This document shows, in pieces, positions 14,101-26,100 of a DNA stretch of 64,000 nucleotides; positions within the stretch are counted from its first letter, which is position 1, and each line of letters starts with the position of its first letter. The notes beneath the pieces were generated by a model. That model searched no databases. It had not been told where the DNA came from and saw only the letters and a list, made by a program, of their open reading frames with translations. Source of the stretch: Antedon mediterranea (Eukaryota > Animalia > Echinodermata); the NCBI RefSeq assembly GCF_964355755.1, contig NC_092679.1, positions 774,201 through 838,200 of the forward strand, in the 5' to 3' direction. Made by a program: the position numbers and the translations under genes.

Positions 14101-17100
14101 GTCACGTTGCGCAACTCTGACGTCATTCAAAAATATGAGGTGCACAAGTTCACGTAAATGTCGATGTGTTGACAAAGTTATTTATTTCTTTATTCTGATA
14201 CAAAATCAATAGGATAAAAACACAAAAAGTACCGAGACGGCAAACTTATTTCCATTGTGGTCCTAAACAAATATAACAGAATAAACAAGGAAAACCACAA
14301 TACGATATGTTCTGTTTACACGTTTTAGAGAAACGCGACGCACAAAAATGACAGAAAGAAAGAAGTACTAGACATGAAACTCGTCACTTTGACGAGTTAG
14401 TTATCCGCTCGACAAACGCCACGTGCACGTCATACGTTAGAATATTGCACACAGAAAAATATTAAGGCATTATGACCTGAACTGAAGAATATGATGTTGT
14501 TATTTCTGAATTCTGTTATTTTGTGTCATATACATAGTATACACAGTACAATCTGTATACATATCACAAACAGTGTAAAATAGGTGAAATTACGGGACCC
14601 GTATTTTATTGTAATTTTTAACATCTTGACGGTTTCAAAATGAAATGCAAAAGTAGAAATTTCAGAATGAAATTATCTCAGCAACAACATATTAACGTGT
14701 AGAAGAAATTTGAATACGTGAAATATTGATGCGCGCTCTTTTAAATGTAATGAAATATAACGCAAAAGATGAAAATACGACTTTTTGTATTTAACTGGCC
14801 ATATGATGACGTCACAACATTCGATTGGCACAATTTTCACATGATTTTGTATCTACAATACAATAGCTTCCTGAAAACGTTTTAATCGTGATTATCACAT
14901 TTTATTCTTACGAGCTATAACAGATTAAAATTTACTGTAAAGATGAAATTAATGACCAACGTAATTTAAATTTTTAGGCATGATGACGTTGAAAAAATTA
15001 AAAAATTTTTAATTCATGCAAAAGATAGTTGATTGACCTAGAACATATTAAAATCGGGGTGAAAATGGACAACGATTAAGTGGAGATGCGCTCTATTAAA
15101 TGTGATGAGCTATGACGAAAGAGACAAAAATCCTATATTTTATATTCGCGTGGCCATACGTTGACGTCACAATGTCCGGTTAGCCATATTAATGCATGAT
15201 TCGATATCTACAACTCATCAACTTCCAGAATATGTAATTAAAAAAAAGTTCTCCATGTAGTTTAGAATCTATGACTGTTTAAAAATAGGCATAATTTTGA
15301 CGAATTTTTGAACTTTTTCACCAGAAATGCGTGCAAATTATTTAATTCGACGTGCTCGTATGATGTAATTTTAAGTCGAAATTGTTTAAAGGTTGGTAAC
15401 ATTACTATAAAAGGCTGAAAAAACATAAATCAAGCGAAAAAAGCATGTTTTTAACGCTACGTGTGCACCGCGTGCGTAAAAAGTTTCGCGCGCGTGGGAA
15501 TTTTTGACATGCTCAAAATGACATGAAACGCATAGAAAGTTGATTAGAAGTTGATTTTTCGCACTCTAAAATTTAAAACGCGCGTGCGCGCGTAACTTTT
15601 TGTGAAAGATGCTATTTTTAATCCATAGAAAGTTTGCGCTTGATGTGACTTAAATTTTCACAAAGTGTCAAAACAAAATTATGTTTGGTTTTTAGTCTAT
15701 GATCAATCATTGAAATTCATAAAATCGCGCGTAAGTCACGTTGCGCAACTCTGACGTCATTCAAAAATAGGAGGTGCACAAGTTCACGTAAATGTCGATA
15801 TGTTGACAAAGTTACGATATGTTCTGTTTACACGTTTTAGAGAAACGCGACGCACAAAAATGACAGAAGGAAAGAAGTACTAGACATGAAACTCGTCACT
15901 TTGACGAGTTAGTTATCCGCTCGACAAACGCCATGTGCACGTCATACGTTAGAATATTGCACACAGAAAAATATTAAGGCATTATGACCTGAACTGAAGA
16001 ATATGATATGTTGTTATTTCTGAATTCTGTTATTTTGTGTCATATACATAGTATACACAGTACAATCTGTATACATATCACAAACAGTGTAAAATAGGTG
16101 AAATTACGGGACCCGTATTTTATTGTAATTTTTAACATCTTGACGGTTTCAAAATGAAATGCAAAAGTAGAAATTTCAGAATGAAATTATCTCAGCAACA
16201 ACATATTAACGTGTAGAAGAAATTTGAATACGTGAAATATTGATGCGCGCTCTTTTAAATGTAATGAAATATAACGCAAAAGATGAAAATACGACTTTTT
16301 GTATTTAACTGGCCATATGATGACGTCACAACATTCGATTGGAGCAATTTTCACATGATTTTGTATCTACAATACAATAGCTTCCTGAAAACGTTTTAAT
16401 CGTGATTATCACATTTTATTCTTACGAGCTATAACAGATTAAAATTTACTGTAAAGATGAAATTAATGACCAACGTAATTTAAATTTTTAGGCATGATGA
16501 CGTTAAAAAAATTAAAAAATTTTTAATTCATGCAAAAGATAGTTGATTGACCTAGAATATATTAAAATCGGGGTGAAAATGGACAACGAATAAATGGAGA
16601 TGCGCTCTATTAAATGTGATGAACTATGACGAAAGAGACAAAAATCCTATATTTTATATTTGCGTGGCCATACGATGACGTTACAATGTCCGGTTAGCCA
16701 TATTAATGCATGATTCGATATCTACAACTCATCAACTTCCAGAATATGTAATTAAAAAAAAGTTCTCCATGTAGTTTAGAATCTATGACTGTTTAAAAAT
16801 AGGCATAATTTTGACGAATTTTTGAACTTTTTCACCAGAAACGCGTGCAAATTATTTAATTCGACGTGCTCGTATGACGTAATTTTAAGTCGAAATTGTT
16901 TAAAAGTTGGTAACATTACTATAAAAGGCTGAAAAAACATAAATCACGCGAAAAAAATATGTTTTTAACGCTACGTGTGCACCGCGTGCGTAAAAAGTTT
17001 CGCGCACGTGGGAATTTTTGACATGCTCAAAATGACATGAAACGCATAGAAAGTTGATTAGAAGTTGATTTTTCGCACTCTAAAATTTTAAACGCGCGTG

Positions 17101-20100
17101 CGCGCGTAACTTTTTGTGAAAAATGCTATTTTTAATCCATAGAAAGTTTGCGCTTGATGTGACTTAAATTTTCACAAAGTGTCAAAACAAAATTATGTTT
17201 GGTTTTTAGTCTATGATCAATCATTGAAATTCATAAAATCGCGCGTAAGTCACGTTGCGCAACTCTGACGTCATTCAAAAATAGGAGGTGCACAAGTTCA
17301 AGTAAATGTCGATATGTTGACAAAGTTACGATATGTTCTGTTTACACGTTTCAGAGAAACGCGACGCACAAAAATGACAGAAGGAAAGAAGTATAATACA
17401 GAAAAAAAAAAAAAAAAAAAAATATGATGAAACAGGACGATTACAAGGAGTTATCCGCTACTAAGCGGATAACTAATAATACAGAAAAAAAAAAAAAAAA
17501 AAAAGATGATGAAACAGGACGATTACAAGGAGTTATCCGCTACTAAGCGGATAACTAATAATACAGAAAAAAAAAAAAAATTTGATGAAACAGGACGATT
17601 ACAAGGAGTTATCCGCTACTAAGCGGATAACTAATAATTTGGCATATCAAGCACAATCATACATACAGGAGTATTTGGCATATCAAGCACAATCATACAT
17701 ACAGGAGTTTAAGCAATAAACATAGAACAGATTTAACTTCTCTTGTTCAAAACAATAATTTACAGTTAGTTAGCAATTTAGTTACATAAAAATAATACAA
17801 ATATACAAGCTAGATTTATGCAAAATAATATAAATGAGTTACATTGAATACAACATCAATCACACATTTTGTATTTATTTTATGAATCTTTTTTTTTTCA
17901 TTTTAGTTCTTGGAAATGCAATCATATCACTGTTTGGAACAACCATGTGGTTTGTTGACCCCGAGACCGTTGACACGATCCCTCACACAGTGGCGTCTAC
18001 TTTGGCCATCTTTCCCCAAGACTTACAGCAAATGACCGTGAACTTACTGACCAATACGCTGATACCGGTTTGTTTAAGTAAGTAAACTAAGTTGTTACCA
18101 TAATTGCTGTCATGGAAACAATTTTGTTTGTTGTTTGTTTGTTTCTCTGCATGCACACATAACATTTACAACTAGAAAGCCACTCCGAGAGTGCATACCT
18201 CCACCTACTGTAAAATTCTCCTACATAAGATTTCTCCGGTAAAAAAAAAAAATATATATATATTTGTGTGTGTCTTAATGCTGTTTGTGATTTAGGCTAA
18301 TTTCACTACAAGCATGTGTATGCGAGTTTGGTGTAATGGTTATGTAACAAGCCTTTCAATTAACAATAGTTTCAGTTGACTAACAAAAGAACAGCAACGC
18401 GAAAATCAAACGAGTGAATTTGAAAAGAAAATAGGTTTTTTAAACTACTGGCATAAAAAAACGTGCACATTAAATCAAATTATGTTTTAAAATTACAAAT
18501 CACAAATTATAACTCTTGCCTCTTGTACAAAAATGAAGTTTTTTGGACAACTAGTTCTCGAGAAAATGCAATTTCAGTATTCTTGTATACTTTAAGACTA
18601 CTCGCCGGCTGTTGAAAAATTCTGTCCTATCTTTTAACACTAGCAGGTCTGAAAAGTATACTAAAAAGTGGTCCAGAATTGGGACAATGGTCCCAAAATT
18701 TAATGGAATGGACCTTGACCACATATCTATCTGTATATTCATTTTGGTAAAGATCTTGTAATTACTTTTTGAGTAATCCTGCTAACAAACAAACAAACAC
18801 ACGCTACCGATTACATATACCTCCTTGGCGGAGGTAAATGAAAAATAAAGTGTGCAGAATGAGGCCAAAATAAGTTTGGAGACAAAGTTTAAGTTTCAAG
18901 TTCACTTGAAGTTGAAGAATAGAAACTGAATATTATAAAAATAAATAAGATAATTATTTCTTGTTCAGCTGAAGTGCAAAATGTAGGAGAAGAGAACTAC
19001 GCAAGCATGTCAATGGTGACGGTAGTGATGCTGGTGCTAGAACATTGTAAAAATCCAGGTTAGTTTCAAGACTAATTTCTGATTATATTATTTTATTTTA
19101 TTCATTTTTACAGTATATACAAAAATATAAAAGAGAATATAAATATATATAAAAAAATATACAATGCTGAGAAGAGACAAAATCATTATGAAAAAAAATG
19201 TCACCAGTAAGGTCTGTCCAACAGTGTAATTCAATTTCAACTGTACTGTATATCTGCAGCAGTGTAGTAACTCATCTAAGAAGATAATAATTGATCAAGA
19301 ATAAAATTTGCTTTATATACACCGCCTCATTATTGTATTTATTTATTTCAGCTTTGCATTCAAAAGTGATTGAGTGCATAATGACATACAAAAAAGATGT
19401 TTTTAAGGTATAGTACAATAATTATACATTGTTCTTCCTTGAAGTCCAGTAAAAACAATAAAAGTTAAACATTTTAGACTAGAAGACAAACAGTGAGAAA
19501 CTCAACAGTTCTTTTCAGAACTATATATACATGGTGTACTGTAACTATATATACATGGTGTACCGCAAACCTTACATCAACAAGAAGCAAGAGAACATAA
19601 CTTTAAATCAGATTTTTAATTGATTCAAGTTGAAGAATTTATAATTATTTACAGTATTGACGACAAATATTAAAAGTATTTGATATAGTGTGTTGGTTAC
19701 TGACAGGCTAATAGATATTATAACATGCTTGATTTGCTTATATCTAGGACATGATGTGTACCATAGCACACGGCCCATCCAAAGCAAGAGCACATGCAGC
19801 TAACTTACTCTTCAACTATTGGCCATCTCTTGCCCCGATTAGAGTTGATCCACGAGAATTTGCATACACAGGTAAATTAGTAGTGGTTAACGTGCTTGCA
19901 TTCCAATTCCAAGGTCCAGGGTTCAATCCTAACCTACTACCAGGGTTGTAACTAACGACTCTTGTAACAGTACACCACTCCCTAGACTTCAAATGAGAAT
20001 GATAAATTATAAAACAGTTGATCCATCCTGTAATTGGCAAGTTACTTGATTTTGGATGCGTATGAAATTAAAATAAAACATTTTGTTGGATTTCATCACC

Positions 20101-23100
20101 ACAATACAATAAGTTAAATTGCTATTTAATTTGTACATTACCGTTTATGATTATTGTTTTTGTACTGAACAGCTTGGGACTATATGTTATGTCAGAGAAA
20201 AGATTGCCTTGTACCTAAAAACAACGCTGCAGTTAAGGTACTTTGAATTTTAAATATGTTGATAACATGGAAATACCAATAACCACACATTGAATGACTT
20301 AAGAACGAACTCAAAATGAATTGAATAAAATATGTGTATAATGTGTATATTATGGTACAGTAATCTCGGTTTTTATAAATCATTGTGTCGCACTTTATTT
20401 ATGAATTTACTTCTGTTTTTACCCAAGATGTGTATGGACTATGGAGTGGCTGGTAAATACAGTAAAGTACCTTATCCTCCAGTCTATTTCTGTGCTGATT
20501 GTTGTGAACTTGTTGCAAGGTAAATATATCTTGTAAAGATCCCATCTTTCAGGGTTGCTATATAAGAATTATAGTATTTGTATGTAATTATTTCAACATA
20601 AATAGAAACTATAGTACTACTGCTGTGTCATCTATTTTTATTATTTTTGTTTATTTATTTGTTTGTTTATCTTTCAATTTCTTCCATCTTCTCTTTTTAG
20701 GGAAACACGAAAAACAATGATTCCAGTTTTAAATCCAAGAGAGTTTGTTGCAAAAGAATGCGAAAATAAGGTAAAGTGTTTTTAATTTTCATCATAATAA
20801 ACTGACCATGTAAAATTATTCTATTGCAGTAACTGCAGTAACTAGATTTCTTTACTGCAATAAACATAGGATTTTAGTTTATTTTGCTGCGCATGCTTAT
20901 GAGACAGTCTGCAATAAACTGTGTGTATGATTACCAAAACAAAGTGTACTTACTGCAGTTACTGCAGTAGAATGATATCGACCCTAATACATTTTTCACT
21001 TCATAGAACTGCCAATCATCAGACAAAGGTGTGACGTTTGTTTGTTTCTCACCTGCCTGCACCAGTCTACACAGCCACCTACCAATGAGTTACTGCAAGT
21101 CCTGCTTCGCTTACAACCACAAAGATGTTAACCATACCTATCAAGAGTTCCCTGAAGACCCTTGGTCACGAGAGAAGGAGATGCAGGCCTACTTTACAGA
21201 GGCAATTGTTAGGTTAGTATTACATCATTGTATGCAATATTTCCATGCAAAAAGTACATGTTGTTGGCGGATCTTAACTCACAATTTAAACGTTTTGCTC
21301 TACGTTTACTGTGGACTTTGGAAATCAGAGTCACAACACTGATGTTAGTGGTTGGTATTACCGAAATATTCGTCCATATCTTAGTGTTGAATTGTATTAA
21401 ACAATTTTTTATTGCGGTTGACTTTGGGCCGACTTGACTTTGGGCCAACTTGACGTGAGGCCGACTTGACCTGCACCCTTAACAACAAACTAACATAACA
21501 TTTTCAAAACTGTATAGCCTTTTAAAAGAAGCGCAACCAGTTGATGATGATCTTAAAGCCAGTGGAAACTCGGACAATACGCATGATGACCGATATGCAC
21601 ATACCCACGACAACGACGTACACGAGTCCAAGCTGAACTTAGATGACCCACGCATGTTGAGCAGATTCGGTATCTGGCTTCTAGTGGAAAAATGTCAACC
21701 TAGTGAGAAGACTGCTGGAGAGGTCATAGGTCGACTGTTAAACATGTTGTTTCAGTGGTATTTCTACACATCCAAAGTTCCTGATGATGGTAATTACTTA
21801 TCATTAGTATACAAATAATTAATGTTTATGAGTTGAATGGTGAGAATATTTCATGAGTTGAACAATTGACTGCTCTTTTTAATTTGTAAGAATACAATCA
21901 TGTGTGTTATAATATCCCATATAAAATATAAAAGAAATGTAATTAGAATAGTTATATTCTCACTAAAACTAGATGAGTATTAAAGCAGGATTCACTTTTT
22001 TTTTTAAACTTCAGATGTTGGAAACTGTGTTGAAAAATTGAAAACAGATGTAAGTTAGATTGAATTAATATTTTTCTTTACAATCAGTTGCGTAACAGCT
22101 ATGATTGCTCACTGGCTAAACCAAGGGACCCAGAGCTTGAGGAGCCCGACAGCTTGAGCAGCTCACGGCATCTACCCAGTGTTAAAGGGCCCATTAGGAG
22201 TGCGAAACCAAGGGCCCCAGCAAATGAATAGCCCACTGCAACTAACCAGCGTTGGAGGGCCTCTTAGTAGTGCTAAACCTGGGGCCCCTGCAAATGAATA
22301 GCCCACTGCAACTATCCAGCGTTGGAGGGCCTCTTAGTAGTGCTAAACCTGGGGCCCCTGCAAATGAATAGCCCACTGCAACTAACCAGCGTTGGAGGGC
22401 CTCTTAGTAGTGCTAAACCTGGGGCCCCTGCAAATGAATAGCCCACTGCAACTATCCAGCGTTGGAGGGCCTCTTAGTAGTGCTAAACCAGGGGCCTATG
22501 CCTCCTGCGTCACGCCATTGTTTACAATAAATGATACTTTTGATTTTGGCTTTAATATTATAATGTATATGTAATTTTTATTTGCTATGGTTCTTGATTT
22601 TTCAGTATGTTTCTGGTTGGTTGGCTAATGTTCGTGTAAACTGCTTTGATGTGTTTGTTAACTGTTTATTACCTCAACCACCACAATACGCAAGGGTTGG
22701 AGGACACTGGTAAATCAATCTTTATAAATCAGAAAATTAAATTAAAAACAGAAACACAATGTAGCACAAATTAATTTTTTTTTTACAAAAGTATATTACT
22801 CATAAATATTCATGGTTTTATTTGAATATTCATAGTGTGATATAATTATTTATTTGTTTTACCCAGGGACACCCTTTGCAGCAAAACATCTGAAATTGAT
22901 CAAGGTCTACAGATCATATTTAGTCTGACTCTTTACAACTGTGTAACATACGAGGTAAAACAATTTATATTTGTCTATATTCTTGCTCTTGATTGTCCAG
23001 CTTGTTAACTAATACACAGTCTCCCAATACCGGACTCTCTGAAAACCCAAAACTCTCTACCAATACCAAACTTTGCTTGAGGTACCAAAGGTCTCAGCAC

Positions 23101-26100
23101 CTATATATACCTCCATTATCTCAAATTATATATAATTTGTATATTAGCCTGGCAGCGCAAGGTTGTCTGGTATTGGGAAAACTGACTGTGTTACCTTTTA
23201 TATGTACTGTAGGTCTGGGACAGCATAATGCCTCTATGGATGGAAGCCATTCAGAGAAACATTAGTTACGATGACCTCTCTCAACTTCAAGACATCTTGT
23301 GTAAGCTGTTCTCCACTGACATCCCTCTGCCATTCAGGACTGATAAGGTCTTCCACTTTATCTCATCTAAGTTCAAAGGACCAAGTGCTGCTCAGATGCT
23401 TGAGTCCCTTCAATGGCTTCAGGTGATTTTTTCTCTTGTAATTCTTAAGTATAGAAATTACCGTACTTCACTCCCAATAAGCGGAACACTGTATTGTGAA
23501 GCAAATGAGTTTTGACACAGAGGCCAACCAATAGGTGTTTCCTTAATTATTCGTTCTACTGTAAATAACTTAATAAATGTTATATGAATAAATGATGTTA
23601 TAACGTTCTAATCATCAACAGGAATGTTATTGTCTTATTACCCTAACTATCATTTTTTCCCCAAATGCTTTAATATAATGATAATTGTTATAGATATTGT
23701 GTGAATTGGACATATCATTGCCCTTTGACCTTTTGGTGTCAATGTTTAATGACGGCATCACTTGGATGAAGGGACCAAATGCTAAACAGCAAGGCAGAAA
23801 ACGTCATCCATCACAACCTAGTACAGGAAGTATGCAAAGTCCCAAAGCAGACACCCCTGAAGTAACAGTGGACTCTCCCACTCTTCTTAGCCTCCAAGAT
23901 AGTGTGTTCTTAGATCCAGAGGAAGATGTCAACCTGCAATGCTTTGTGGTCATGTTGGATTTGATCCTTAGACAGGTGATATAAAAATGAAAATCATTTT
24001 ATGTGTGCATGCCAATAACATTTAAAGCCTTGTCTGCACTATCAAACATTATGTGACAAAAAGATGTGCTATGCCTATATATAGACATATAGATGATGAC
24101 ATACCACTACCATATTTGTGCATATCACTACCATATTTGGGCACATCACACTTTTTTTGTCAAACTAGTTTGATAGTGTAGACAGAGCTTAATAGTAAAT
24201 CAAGATTGGAAGAAGTGAAAACAACATTATATTTGAATCAACTAATGAAGAAGCATGAATTTTAAATTTACTTTTATATTTCAAAATAAAAATGCATGTC
24301 ATTTATATAAAGTATATGTTGATTATTTTATAATTGCATGTTATCCTCCCCCTAGTCTGGAGTAGAATGCACATGACTTGTTAGTGTACATGTTGAAGTT
24401 GCATAATTAGCATTACCTGCACATATTGCATGATGACTTGTTAGTATACGTGTTGAAGTCACATAATTAGCATACCTTGCACATAATGCATGATTAAAAC
24501 ATGTAAGTAGTTCTAATTTATTTTATTTAATATGCAGTCAACTCTCTCAGTACCGAAAATCGGAACTCTCCAAAAACTTTTTTTAGGTTCAAAAGGTTCA
24601 AAATACATTTTTTACCATTAAAAACACATTAGAAGGATTAAGAGAGTTTACTGTATTAAGATCTTTGAAGATTTGCATTGCAAAATATTAATATCCATCT
24701 TTGTATGTTGTTGTATATTTTATTTATTTATTATTCATTCTGTTGAAAAATTGGATCAGACAAGATTGAAAATAAAGAAAAGTACAAAAAGCAACTTATT
24801 CTCTGGTCCCTAAATAATACACCTTAAATAATTAACAGAATTGTAGAAAAAATATATCAAAAATATAAAACGAATACATCAAGAATTATTACTTAATATT
24901 ATTATAAATCAAGATAATAGACAAAGCATCGTACATCAACATTATCGACTCTCCATATGTGTTGTTTTTAAAGTTTAAGTTCAAGTGCAATGTAAACATT
25001 TATTTACTTTCTTTCCTAAACTATTAACAATAATATAAATTAATAAGGTACAGTACTTAAATCTATCTTCTCAAATTTAACAAAACAATAAATGGTTTAT
25101 ATTACAGTATGATTCTCAAAGCTTCCAGTTCTCACTTGGTTTGGAACACAAAGAATCCAAGGAGACATTAAGTGTAATAATGTCAATGCTTCAAGCCCCC
25201 TGGGGTGGTGCTCATTGTTGCACGACAGGCGACGAGAACCAAGAGTGTACGCTCTGTGACCTGTCTGCCTTGTGGTTTCAACTTGCGTTATTGATCTTTG
25301 AAACAATTGCTGGAGAGAATGAAGTAAAAGTGGCGGATATGCCTGAGGTGTCCGAGTACGATTTTGATACAAAGATTAAACGTTTGGTACAATTTCAAAA
25401 GGACTGTCCGCAGAAAGACAAATACACACCGACAGTTGAGATAACTGAAAAGCCTAAACCAAAGAAACTTGGACAGCAGGTACTTACATATTTATTCTCG
25501 CATATTTCAGAGTATAATAGTAGGGCGATTTAAAATGATTGAAATCAACTAAAAGAGGAGATGAGATTAATTCTTGTCCTGCTCTAGGTTGCTTATAAGG
25601 TCCTATGTAAAGCACCTAGAAGGGTCAGTGATCCATTAGGCGCTATATAAATACTGTTTATTATTATTATTATTATTATACATTTCAGTAATCATCTTAA
25701 TTCTATTTCCTTTTTTAGGCTAAAGCTCAGTCATTAGATTTAGGACAAGTACAGTCCATTTCAAGAGGAGGTAAGCACCAGCAAGCTGATGCAAAATCAT
25801 TGCCAACATCAAGAGGTAACGCCCCAAGACTGCACAAGGTGTCAGAGGATAGTTTTAACGATGATCAAACAGGTATGATCATGTGTTATGCTTTTTATTC
25901 TCTTTGTAAACAGTTTCATTTTATTGGTTTTTTTTATATGTTTGTTATCAAACGTTTCAGCCCTTTTGCAGCTGTTTGTTTTTTATTTATACCTAAACAA
26001 ATAAATAGAAAAAAGTGGAATGCTTTCAATGTTTGTTTTAGTAGGAGAGGATGCTGTTTTCGTTCATTTACAAGAGCAGTCTGTGTGGGACACAAGTTAT

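Noticed and set aside
12736-17634. Simple tandem segmental duplication or LTR retroelement explanation; poly-A tracts as retroposon tails
   Set aside because: The order is AAABBB with exact shared breakpoints. The poly-A is internal to the unit, and there are no TSDs, LTR termini or ORFs.
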